From: Emiliania huxleyi CCMP1516
Taxonomy: Eukaryota
Length of the DNA: 64,000 bases
Assembly (NCBI RefSeq): GCF_000372725.1
Contig: NW_005201551.1
Coordinates: forward strand, 280,520-344,519
Reading direction: 5' to 3'
The translations under genes were made by a program, and so were the position numbers. Of this stretch, positions 1-11,446 are shown piece after piece; positions within the stretch are counted from its first letter, which is position 1, and every line of letters begins with the position of its first letter. The notes below the pieces were generated by a model. It was not told the origin of the DNA and ran no database searches. It worked only from the letters and a program-made list of their open reading frames with translations.

Positions 1-309
1 AGCGTCCGAGTCGACACCGGCCTGCGCCGAATAGATGATGAAGCACACCCGGAGATTAGACCCGCAATTTAACGGCACGGCACCTGGCGGCGGCGTGTTC
101 AAATCGCGGGGCTCGCCCTCGCTCTCAATGAGTAGCTCATTTCTCTCTAGTCAACCCCTTACGCACTCTTCACACAGGAGCACTCACAGCAGAAGGCTCA
201 CGGGGCCGACTACAGTGTACAGCGGGGAGGAGTGCTCTCTAGTTAATGATCTCTGGCCACGCGAGTGTGAATTCGTAGTCAACGATCTCTCGCCACGCTC
301 GCCGTCAAA

Positions 310-392
310 GGTAGGTAGGCAGGTAGGTGTTACCTGACACTGTCTAGGCAGAGGCAGGGAGGGACCCCCGCACACACGAACCCACACATACA
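310..392 (-). mobile_element. 5'-truncated non-LTR retroelement 3' end with (CCTA)n tail
   Basis: 13-bp direct repeat GCTCGCCGTCAAA at 297-309 and 393-405. Reverse complement ends GGTAACACCTACCTGCCTACCTACC and is homologous to 48300-48431. Confidence 0.75.
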
Positions 393-455
393 GCTCGCCG
401 TCAAAACTATGCATGCTGCATGCACTCAACTTCACATCCAGTCAACGCTCTCCCC

Positions 456-3400
456 AGGCCTCGCCACGCTCGCCCTCGCCCTCTCCATCGCGTGCGCGGG
501 CCTCCTCCACTTCTTCGGCCGCGCGATGCGACGGCGGCGCGGCCCTCGCTCTTCCGAGGCGCGGAGGCGGCGCAAGGCAAAAGCCTTGCTAGGAGATTGC
601 ACGAGATTGCACGAGATTGCACGAGATTGCATGATACAAAAGCCTTGCTTGGCGGCGACGGAGCCACCGTGCGTGGTTCTTTGCTAATGAGCTAGAGGTT
701 TGAGTGGCTCCTTAGGCTACTCGTCTGGTGGCGAAGGCGCGCCGCTGCGGCAGCAGTGACCCTCTGTGTGAACGGCGCCTCTTCACACCGCCAGCTGTGA
801 GCAGGTGTGTACCGCGTGCTGGCGGCGTCCTAATGAATCATTCCGTACTCTCATCATCGAGTAACAATTAATTAGGCGCACCGCGTGTTGGCGGCGGGCG
901 ACGCGGCTGCTGCTCCCCCGGCGGTGCCAGAGTGGCAGAGCGGTGTGGTTGCTATTGGCGCGTTGGCCGCGGGCGGCGGCGCCCCCCCCACTCTCGTCGG
1001 CACCGGGTTTGTGGTCTACCTTCCGCCGGCCGAGGAGGAGGTGGTTGCACGAGATTGCACGAGATTGCACCAGTCTGCGGCGAGATCGCACAAGATTGGA
1101 GCGAGATTGCACGGGATACGACGCGGGTAGTTTCTTCTTTTAGGCTGCGCGGACAGTCCCGGCGATGTGCAGTGGCGAGGGCGGCGGGGAGGGCGGCGGG
1201 GAGGGCGGCGCAGAGGGCGGCGGAAAAGGCGGCGGAAAAGGCGGCGGAAAGGGCGGCGGAAAGGGCGGCGTGGAGGCGGCGGGTTCGGTGGTGGTGGTGG
1301 CGGCGCATGCGGCTGAGGCTCCTGCGGTTGACGAGAGATGCGTGGAGGTGACCTGAGAGATTGCCCGAGATGATCCGAGGTTCTCCGAGATGATCCGAGA
1401 TTGCACGAGATGCTCCGAGATTCACAGGCAGGGTCGGGACGTGCAATCTCGTGCAATCTCGTGCAATCTCGTGCAATCTCGTGCAATCTCCTAGGCGGAC
1501 GCCATATGGGGAGATCTGGGGGAGGTATGGGGAGGTACGGGGAGATACGGGGAGATACGGGGAGATATTGGGAGATACGGGGAGGTATGGGGAGGTATGT
1601 GTGTCCTCTAGGCGGGCGCCGTGATCTCTACTTGCGCGCATGTGCTTGACGACATCCGGCAGCACGCCGCACACGCGCCGGCCGGCGCCGCCGCAGCGTC
1701 ACCGAGGCGAAGCACGCTTCTCGACCCATATGACCACGGCGAGCCTTACCCGAACCCGAACCCGAACCCGAACCCGAACCCTACCCCTACCCCTAACCCC
1801 AACCCTAACCCTAACCCCAACCCTACCCCTACCCCTACCCCCTAGTCCTATGCTTCTCGGCCCGTATGAACACGGCGTGGCGGTCCCACCGTCCACCCAC
1901 CGCCGACGACTCGGCTCGTACTCATCTGTCTCTGGCGCATCGATCACTCACCGCTCACGACTCGGCTCGTACTCATCTGTCTCTGGCGCATCGATCACTC
2001 ACCGCTCACGACTCGGCTCGTACTCATCTGTCTCTGGCGCATCGATCACTCACCGCTCACGACTCGGCTCGTACTCATCTGTCTCTGGCGCATCGATCAC
2101 TCACCGCTCACGACTCGGCTCGTACTCATCTGTCTCTGGCGCATCGATCAGGCGTGGCGATCCCGCATATCTCCCCATATCTCCCCATATCTCCCCCTAG
2201 GCGTGGCGATCGGCCTCGGTTCGCCCGCTGGGTGGCGGCTACAGGGGAGGAGAAAAAGAAATCGAGCTGGAGAGTTGTTTGTTTAGGTTCGCCCGTCGAG
2301 TGGCGCTGCAGAGGCGATGAGAAAAAAGAAACACCCGTACAGGATTTCTTTTTTAGGTTCGCCCGTTGAGTGGCGCTACGTGGCGGTGGTTCGGCGCGTG
2401 TCCCCCCCTCCTGCGCCGCGGGACGAGAGGAACGGGCTGGATTTGGTGCTGCTCGAAGTGGCGTTCCGACTCCCGCCCCCCTCCTCCTCCTCCACCTCCT
2501 CCTCCTCCACCTCCTCCTCGTCCACCGCCTCCTCCTCCTCCTCCTCGCCCGCCTCCTACGCCGCTTGGCGATCCCTCTACCCTCCTCCCCCTCCGCCGCC
2601 GCCGCCAAAGCGCTGCGGCAGATCGATCGATCTCGAGGCCTGTTGCGCGTCGCCGGCCCGCAGCAGCGGCAGCGAGGTGTCGGAGGCCGCGCTCCTTTCG
2701 CCGCGCCGCCTCGCCGCCCTTCCTCTGGGGAACGAGCTGCGGCTTCGGCTCGGAGACGACCTGGTGCGAACGAGATTGCGCGAGATTGGAATCTGAAGCT
2801 CCTCATCGAGTTAGTTAACGGACTGCCTTAATGCACTTGCCTTCGTGAGGTCCTTCTCGGCTACTCCAAGACCAGCCGCGCCCAGCGCCCCTCCGCAACA
2901 AACACGCGCGGCGTCTTTGCGGGCCGGCTCGACGACGAGCGCACAGGCGCCAGGCCGCGCACCGCTTCTGAGGAAGAAGAAGTGATAACCATATCTAACG
3001 CCGCGTCCTTTTTCTCAGGCGGGCCACTTCTGATGAGCGCTTTAGAAGAATAAGCTTCACCCCTCACGCCCTGATTCATCAGGCGCCTGGCTGCGCACGG
3101 ACGCGCTGATGCTCAGCGGCCACTCCGGCGGACCCCTCCTCAACTGCTTGGGCGAGGTGGTGGGGGGAGTCATCTGCAGTTAATTACTATCAGGCGGCCC
3201 TCTCCTCAACTGCTTGGGCGAGGTTGTGGGGTGGTCGGTGCGCTCTAACTTTGACCCGGTGGTCGCGGGTGCCGGCTACTACGCCGCCGGCCTGAACGAG
3301 GTTCGGCTCTGGCATGCCTCCGGGTTGCGCCCGAAGAAACAGAACTCACCTTTCTACTCCGGTCAATTTCTGTTTTAGGTGCGGCCGGTCTCGGGGCTGC

Positions 3401-4442
3401 GCGCAGAGCTGCTCGCGCTGCTTGGGCCGGAGGCGCCTAAAATCTCGGCTGATCTCGGCCAGTCTCTCGCTCCACTCGGCGCGTCTATCAGCTGCTGCTC
3501 GGCTAATCTCGACGACCCCGCCCCCTCCCCCCCCTCCCCCCCAAAAGGCTTTGGCGGCGGGCTGCAGCCGCTTGCCTGATGCTCGTTCGCTAACCGGCGC
3601 CGCAGCCGCCAGCAAGGCGAGATCGCACGAGATCGCACGAGATCGCACGAGATCGCACGAGATCACACGCGAGTGCACGAGATTGCACGAGATCGCACGA
3701 GATTGCACGAGGTGGCCCGACGCAGCCGAGACCATGCGATCGAGATTGGGCCTGGCTGCGACGATCGCCGCCCTCGAGACGGCGCTGTGGTGTGAACGGC
3801 GCCTCTTCACACCTCAGCTATGAATCAGGCGATGGCAGCGCTGGAGGCGGCGCTGGCCCTGCAGAGCGGGGGACCCCGCCCCCACCCCCCCTCCCCCTCC
3901 TCCCTCTCCTCCTCCTCGTCCTCCTCCTCCTCTTCCGAGGCGGACGAGGAGGACCCCGGCACGCCTCCGCACCACTCCCGCCGCCCCCGCCACTACCCGA
4001 CCACCGCCGCCGCCGCCGCCGCCGCCGCATCTCTCGGTGTCGTTGGCGGCGGCGGCGGCGCGGGCAGCGCAAAGAGCCTCCGCCCCCTCCGCCTCCCCCG
4101 CCGCCTCCCCCACCGCCTCCACGCCGCCTCCTCCTCCGCCGCCGCCTCTACCTCCGCCGCTTCCGCCACCGCCTCCTCCTCCGCCTCCCCCGCCTCCTCC
4201 GCCCCGCCATCAACGATCCGCTCCCCCCTCCGCCTCCTCTCCTCCCGCTCCCAGCACACTCCCCGCCCTCCTCCGCCGCCTCCTCCTCCTCCTCCTCCGC
4301 CTCCGCCTCCGCCGCCGCCGCCGCATCACCCTCCCCTTCCGCGTCCGCCGCCGCCGCCGCCGCCGCCGCCTCGCTTTGCCCTCCCCGCGGCCATCGCCCC
4401 AGCGGCAGCCGATGCGTCGGTGCCGCCAGGACGGAACAATAA
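456..4442 (+). CDS. Multi-exon trypsin-like (Trypsin_2/S1) serine protease with N-terminal hydrophobic segment; ends uncertain, may start upstream
   Basis: Exons give GVVAIG..VGTGFVV (~940-1020), CAHV (His, ~1640), GLDLVLL (Asp, ~2435), LPLG..LRLGDDL, VLLGY, and LRTDALMLSGHSGGPLLNCLGEVVG (Ser motif, 3085-3230). Confidence 0.8.
1748..1845 (+). repeat. Intronic telomere-like (CCCGAA)/(CCCTAA)/(CCCCTA) run
   Basis: Hexamer run ending in TAG; similar runs at 62711-62745 and 63031-63050. Confidence 0.85.
1907..2150 (+). repeat. 51-bp tandem repeat, about 5 units, intronic
   Basis: Unit CGACTCGGCTCGTACTCATCTGTCTCTGGCGCATCGATCACTCACCGCTCA; last unit ends at a CAG acceptor. Confidence 0.9.
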
Positions 4443-5201
4443 CCGTCCAAGTACTTCGCAGTTAGTTCATCAGCGCTCGTTGTTAATTAGGCGGGGCGGC
4501 GCAGCGGCCGGCTGTCTCGGGTTGCTCTGCTTGCGCGCGGCGCCGAGGCGTCCCACTTTGGAGGAGGGTCGGCAGACGAAGGGGAGGAGGAGAAGGAGGA
4601 GGAGGAGGAGACGGAAGGGCAGGGCACCTACCTGATCTGATCGCGGGCGACAGGTGAAGCGCTCGTAGAGCGACGCTGTCTGCTGTCCCATGCTATCCAG
4701 GGCTTATCGATGGCAAGGGAGAGCGAGAGCGAGAGGGCGGGCCGGGCGACCGCGCTCGCAATTCGTGTCGCATCGCGTGGCGGCACGCGTATGTTTATTT
4801 TGCGACAACTTTCTTGGTAAAGAGAGCTGTGTCGTGCACAGTCCCTGCTGTTCCCGCCCTGTCGCAACCCGTCGGTACCCCATCCACTCTCTACATCCTG
4901 AGGGGCGACCGCCACACTGGGGCGTGTTTCTTACGCTCGAGTCTCGACTCACGAACCGCCCTCCCCCGCGGCCTCGGCGCCTCGATGAAGGGGGCGCTAG
5001 CCTCCTTGGACTGCGTGTCCGACAGAACCCCCCACCCCCCCAAGCCCCATCCCCCATCCCGCCAAACCCGCGCGCGCCCCCACCGTCGCCTCTCGCTGTA
5101 CGTCATGCTTCGCAGCCGCAAGGGCTGTTGCTCTCTGTCATACTCGTGCGGCCATCCCGCCGGGCCCCGCGCCCTCGCCGCCCGGCCGGGGCTGGAGAGG
5201 C

Positions 5202-6625
5202 TCATTCGAGGTAGATACCGCGCTCCTCGCACACGGCCACCAGCTCAGGCTGCTTCTTGTTGTCCACCCAGAGCGTCTGCACGCGAGGGGATGTGCGATG
5301 AGCATTGGGTGGGGGAGGGGCGTGTGGCGAGGGGTGGCGTCTCGCGCCTTCAAGCTCGGGGCGGCCCCCTCCTTGAGGGCGGCGGCCAGCGCCTTGCAGC
5401 CCTCGTCGCCAAGCTTGTTTTCGCCGAGAGTGAGCTCCTCGAGCCGCGGCGCTGCCCCCTCCTTGCCGAGGGCGGCGGCAAGCGCCTTGCAGCCCTCGTC
5501 GCCAATCTGGTTGTCGTAGAGGTAGAGCTTCTCGAGCCGCGGCGCTGCCCCGCTCGCGAGGACCTCCGCCAGCTGCGCCGCCTCCGCGTCGCCCCAGCCG
5601 AGGTTGGCGTAGCTCAGCTTGGTCGCCTTGCCAAACTGCTCCTCGAAGGCGGCCTCGTACAGCTGCTTCACAAGCGGCTTGTCGTCCTTGCCGTTGGTGA
5701 AGCTCTTCGACTCCAGCTCCGCCGCGAACGCAGACGGCAGCAGCGGAGGGCGCCGGCCGCCGTCCTTTCTGCAGTCGTCGACGAGGCGGCCGCAGTCGTA
5801 CTCCGTGCCGGCGCGCATCTTGCCGAGGTCGAGCGAGAGGAAGCCAGCCTTTGTCAGGCCCGCCCAGCTCTGCTCGGTGAAGCACCAGCCACGGTCAAAG
5901 TACTTGGCCACGTTGGTGCCCTCGGCCTGCTCCTCCGCCTTGTGGCCGTCCGGGAAGGAGGTCAGCCGCAGCACGAAAGTGTACTTGTGGGAGTAGAGCG
6001 TGCCGAGGCAGCCCAGCCCCTGCTTGAAGAGCGCGTTCTGCTCCTCGGTGCGCAGGACGCCGTTGGCGGGGTCGGGGTGCTGGTGCAGCGAGCCGAAGTC
6101 CCAAAACACGCCGAGCCGCGGGATGAGGGGTTTGCCGAGCGAGGGATGGTCGCTGAGCAGGGCCTTGAGCGCCCTTGCGACGCGGGAGAGGTTGGCTCCG
6201 CGCGGGTCGGGGTGGTCCTTGGTCAGCCACGGGTAGGAGAGCGCGGCGACGGGAAGGCTGCCATACTCGGTGGTCGCCTCGACGAGGTCGGCGAGGGAGA
6301 GGAAGGCCTCTTTGGGCAGCGCCTGGCGGTGGGCGAGGACGCCGCCCGCCTCGGCGTGGCGGATGATCCACTGCGCGTCGAGGAGGGCGGCGGCGCCGCT
6401 CGTGAGGACCGGCTCTAGGTCGCCGCCGCCCCACTTGCGCCACCCCTCCAGCATCGTCTCGCTCACGCCGAGATCGGTGGCAGAGGCCAGGGCGGTGGCC
6501 GGCTCCGCTTCGGCATTGGCTGGGATGGGTCCCTCTGCCCGCTCTTCCTGGAGTCCGCTGCTGATGGTACTAGCAAGACCGGCAAGGTCGTCGTATTCCT
6601 GCGGCCTGCTCGCATGGCAGCCCAT
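5202..6625 (-). CDS. HET/TIR-like domain + RI-type LRR protein, copy 1 (about 450 aa, N-terminal MGC)
   Basis: Exon 6625-5348, GC-AG intron 5347-5277, exon 5276-5202. Motifs ALSYPW, VFWDFGSLHQ, LGTLYSH, YFDRGWCFTE; LRRs such as LEKLYLYDNQIGDEGCKALAAAL. Confidence 0.85.
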
Positions 6626-6866
6626 TCCGCAACGCCGATGTAGCACTGGGAGGCGAGGGCGTTTCCGGCGTACAATGTAACGGCTTCACGACGCGCCTCG
6701 GTTTCTTATGTTTCGTGTGTCTTTCGTGCTTTTTTATATTACCCAAAAGCTAGGCCCACAACGCCCTCGTGCTTTTTTTCTTGGTGAGGACGCTGCAGAA
6801 TTTCTTTTTCTTCATCACCTGCAGGCCGCGCCGCCGCCTGTCGCCGCTCGCCGCACTCCGCCACCG

Positions 6867-7471
6867 ATGGACGAGGACGACGACTGCGACTGCAGCCCCG
6901 CCCGCGCCGACTGGACAAAGGGCGCCGCCGCTCTCGCCCTCGCCTCGGTCCTCCTCTTCGCCAGGCGTGCTGCAGCCCCGCCGCGCCCTCGCCGCCGCTG
7001 CCGCCTCCTCCTCCGCCTCGGCCGCTGCTGGACTCGTGCGCGGGCAAGCACACGCACCCATTCACCGCGCCGCCGCACTGATGGCCGGCACGCGGAAGAC
7101 AGTCCCACCGGCTGCCGTTCCTCTGTGTTGACCCGCCGCTTCGTCGCCTGCTGCCCCTTTGCAGCTCGTGGGACGTGCTCGAGCCGACCGAGTGGGGCGT
7201 CGTCCAGAACGGCTTCACCGGGTGCGCCGGCTCCTCAGTAGCGACTCTCATTAGCCCGCGAATGCACTCGGCCGCACCTTGTGTCAGCAGCGATCCGCCG
7301 TGCTCTGCGGCCGGCGCTCCCCCAGAAGCTCACGGCAGCCAGTCAGTCACGTTGTGACATACCTCCTAGAGGACGGGGCGGCCGGAGCTTGGACGGGCAC
7401 GGAGGACGGGAGGCACCTCCACGGAGGACGGGCACGCACACACACAACACACACACACACGCACACACACA

Positions 7472-7555
<84 letters not shown>

Positions 7556-10500
7556 CACACGCACGCGCGCGCGCACGCACTCACGCACGCACGCGCGCGC
7601 GCACGCACTCACTCACTCACTCTCACGCTGCGCACGACTGGCTCGGGAGCCGGCACGAGGCACGCGGTGTGACGGGCCGCATCGCTGGGTCCCGGACTGC
7701 TGCACACAATAGTTCCGCTCACAAGGGAGATGTTGGGAGATGCGGGGAGATGTTGGGAGATGTGGGGAGATATGGGCCCCGGACGATGGCACACACAAGA
7801 GCTCACAAGGGAGATGTGGGGAGATGTGGGGAGATGTGGGGAGACATGGGTCCCTGACTGCTGGACACAATCGCTCACAAGGGGCAGCTCGCGAGGTGGA
7901 TGGACGGCGCTATAGCCAGGGCGCTACACAGAGGGCGAAGCTCGCGCGGGCGCCGCAGTCTTGCCTCGAGCCCCCCCCCTCCCCCCCCCCTTTTGGCCCC
8001 TGCAGGTACGTGGAGCTCGACCCGGAGCGCGTGTTTGAAGGCGGCCGCCTGATATGGGGAGATCTGGGGAGATCTGGGGAGATGGAGCTCGGCGGCCTCC
8101 GACCCCGCCACCTATTAGTCGTTAATTCTGAAGGTGGTCATTAGCTGATAAGCCACCTCCGCCGCCCCCTCCCTCTCCAGCCTTCAGCCCGCCCCTGCGC
8201 CGCCGCCGCCCATCCCTCCGCCGCCGCCGCCCGCCCCTCCGCCGCCGCCTCTCTCTCGCCGCCTCCTGCCTCCCCACCACTCCCCTCCCGCATCTAGAGA
8301 GTGCTGCGCAGCGCCGAGGTCTCATTCACTTCTGCCCGCTCGCGAGGTCTCGAACACACTTCTCTAGCACGTATATGACGCGCCTCAGCATGAGTTCTTT
8401 CTTTCGTTTGATCAACCGCTTGGACGGTGCCATGACTAGAGCCGATCGAGCTGACGAGTGTTTGGGGAGATGATGGGGAGATATGGGGAGATATGGGCGC
8501 AGCTGCGACCGAATGACGAGCGCTATCGACGGAGAGTTGGGCGCCATCAGTTCAGGCGCGGGTTCAACTACTTCCACCACGCAAATNNNNNNNNNNNNNN
8601 NNNNNNNNNNNNNNNNNNNNNNNNNNNNNNNNNNNNNNNNNNNNNNNNNNNNNNNNNNNNNNNNNNNNNNNNNNNNNNNNNNNNNNATATGGGGAGATGT
8701 GGGGAGATATGGGGAGATCCAGCTGACGAGCGTTTGGTTGGAGTCAGGCGGGCGGCACTTCATCTGGCTGCGCCACTCCTTCATCAAGTTCCCGCGCCGG
8801 CACGTCAAACTCGAGATCTCCCCCATATCTCCCCATGTCTCCCCATATCTCCCCATATCTCCCGCACCGGCACGTCAAACTCGAGATCTGCTCTCCGGCC
8901 TGATAAAAACAGGGGAGTGAGATTGTCGTCGCCCCGATGATTCTCAGGCTCGCCAACCTCGAGTTCACTGTGTCAACGCGGAATTAATTTTAATTAGCTT
9001 AGCTCGTGAATCTCAGGCTCGTCAACCTCGAGTTCACTGTGTCAACGCGTAATTAGTTTTAATTCGTTTAGCTCGTGAATCTCAGGCTCGTCAACCTCGA
9101 GTTCACTGTGTCAACGCGTAATTAATTTTAATTAGTTTAGCTCGTGAATCTCAGGCTCGTCAACCTCGAGTTCTCCTTTTTTAACGACGAGCCGATGAGT
9201 AAACTATTGAATTCACGGGCCTCAGGCTCGTCAACCTCGAGTTCTCCGATTTTGGGCGCGGCGAGTCGGACCAGGCCGCCGCCGCCGCCCTCGCCTCCGC
9301 CTCCCTCGCCACCGCCCCCTTCCCCGCCTCCGCCCTCGCCTCCGCCTCCTTCGCCTCCTCCTCCCTCGCCTCCTCCTCCCTCGCCGCCTCCGCCTTCGCC
9401 TCCTCCCTCGCCGCCGCCCCAGCCAGCCTTTCAACTCGTACAGACCAGGCGGGAGGCTCTCATCGCCCTGTTACCATTCTTACTTACTCTCGTGAGGCTG
9501 TGAAAGCACGCCCAACCTAGCGCACTTGCACCCGAAGGCAAGTGCGTCTGTTCACAGCTCACGAGAGTAATGCTTACTAGGCTCCCATCTCGGCGCGCAC
9601 CGGCCCCGACCCCGACGACAAGGAGTCGGGCGGCCAGCCGATCCGGCGCTCGAGACTAGCCGAGATCCGCCGAGATCCGCCGAGGGTAGCCGAGGGTAGC
9701 CGAGGGTAGCCGAGGGTCGCCGAGAGGTTCGTCGAGATTTGTCGAGATTGGGCGGCTGCCAGTTCGCGCAAGCTCAAAACGACAGCCAGCTCATACTTAC
9801 CCTGCCCACTCTTCTCTTTGCACCCAATGCCACGGAGGGGCCGCCAGCTTGCTGACAAGGGAGATGCGGGGAGATGTGGGGAGATATGGGGAGATATGGG
9901 CCCCGGACGATGGCACACACAAGAGCTCACCAGGGAGATGTGGGGAGATAGGGGAGATATAGATCCCGGACTGCTGGACACAATAGCTCACGAGGTTAGC
10001 TGATTCTCACCCAGGCTCTGCGTCGCCTTCCAGTACCAGATTGCGAGGCGCGACGTGCCTCGGATCTACCAGACGTTTGGCGCGCCGCACGCGGCTGTCG
10101 CACGAGGCTGCCCCGCTGTGAACGGCGTTTCTTCACGGGTGGACGGTGCCGAAACAGGCGCGTTGCATGAGGCTTCGTACCTGCGCTTCGCCCAGCAGGC
10201 CGTTGCGCCGAGCAGCTTGCGGGCGCGCCTCTGAGCGTGCATCGAGAGCGGGCAGTTTTTTCTGTGTTTCAGGCCATCACAAACGAGGCGCAGATGTTCA
10301 CTCCGCGCGCGTTTTGGACGGACCGCAAGAAGGTGGAGGGGCAGCTGCTGGGCAAGGTGGCATGTCGCCGAGACGCCGCCAGAGATGCCGCCGAGAGCGG
10401 GAGGAGGGCAGCCGTGCGCATCGGAGTGGGCGAGGAGACGCCGCCGAGCCGGCGGCTCGGCAGCTTCCTTTTCTGCAGCCAAGTGGAGCCGTCGTCTCGG

Positions 10501-11446
10501 TGGGGCGGCCTTTGACCCTCACTGCCGAGGTGCTTCCAGTTTGCCATGGAAGGAAGCTGTCGCTTCTCTCGCTGCGCCCCCGCGGTGGTCCACGACTCAC
10601 CAGACAAAAAGACCCCCGAGAGGCGTGGCAGTGTTTCGCCGGCCTGATCGGCCCTCTTTCCGCCTCTTTCCGGCAGGTCAACGAGACGCTGTACCGCCAA
10701 GGCTACGCCACTGTCCACGACCTGCAGCTGCTGCGCGTCGACTTCAACTCAAACTACGAGGAGAGCCCGCTGCAGCGGAGGGCTGCAAGGCAGCGCTGTG
10801 TGCAAGAGGAAATCACACAGCTGCGTGGTGTGAACAGGACACCATCACCAACATCCAGCTGCAGGAGCAGCTCAAGGTGCTCGAGAGGGGCGATGCCGGA
10901 GGCGGACTTCGCCGCCCGCTCCGTCTTCATTCACAGCCTCCGTTCACAGGTGACCAAGACGTACCAGCTCGAAGTGACGCGGGTGAGCAAAGAGGTCGAC
11001 ATCCTGTCGGCAGAGGCGGAGGCGGCCATCGCGCGCATCAACGCGCAGGCGCAGCGCGAGGCGAGCGTCACGATCAACCAGGCGAGCGCTTAATTATTAA
11101 TTAGCTGTTAATTATTAATTAAGGCGTCACGATCAACCAGGCGAGCCCAATTAATGGTTCATTGAGCGAGCCTAAGTAATTAAAGCGTCACGATCAACCA
11201 GGCGAGCGCGGCGGCGATTCAGATGGAGCAAGGCGCAAAGGCGACATGGTGCGCCGCCCGGGCTTGTGAGTACGCGGCGCTGCGACGACGGCGCGGTCAC
11301 AGCGCGCCGTCGCGAGCAGGTATGCCAAGCTCAAGGCGACGCTCGGCTGGAGCAACGACGACTTTTTGCGCTACGTCAAGATCAAGTCGCTCAACGCGCA
11401 GCCGGGCGGTTCAGTGGTCATCGGCGTGGACGCTGTCGGGGGGTGA
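6867..11446 (+). CDS. SPFH/Band-7 (prohibitin/stomatin-like) membrane protein, multi-exon, spans N gap
   Basis: N-terminal hydrophobic stretch, then SSWDVLEPTEWGVVQNGFTG, HFIWLRHSFIKFP, ARTG..GQP, SVAFQYQI, AITNEAQMFTPRAFWTDR, LQLLRVDF, Ala/Glu coiled coil and YVKIKSL..VVIGVDAVGG*. Confidence 0.8.
8587..8686. other. Assembly gap (100 N); others at 29476-29575, 32163-32262, 42149-42248
   Basis: Runs of N. Confidence 1.
8944..9245 (+). repeat. Acceptor + exon-start tandem array, about 69-bp period, 5 copies
   Basis: TCAG|GCTCGTCAACCTCGAGTTC repeated with AT-rich spacers inside the SPFH gene. Confidence 0.85.

Noticed and set aside
1748..1845. True chromosome end
   Set aside because: Short, degenerate and inside a gene.
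3030..3060. Hammerhead ribozyme core CTGATGA
   Set aside because: No stem II or GAAA follows.
4814..6418. 534-aa + strand ORF and equivalents at 33871-35199 and 43235-44056
   Set aside because: Antisense shadows of high-GC3 HET-LRR genes.
8326..8586. Nested antisense gene in an SPFH intron
   Set aside because: Short, abuts an N gap, no recognisable motif; may be mis-joined.
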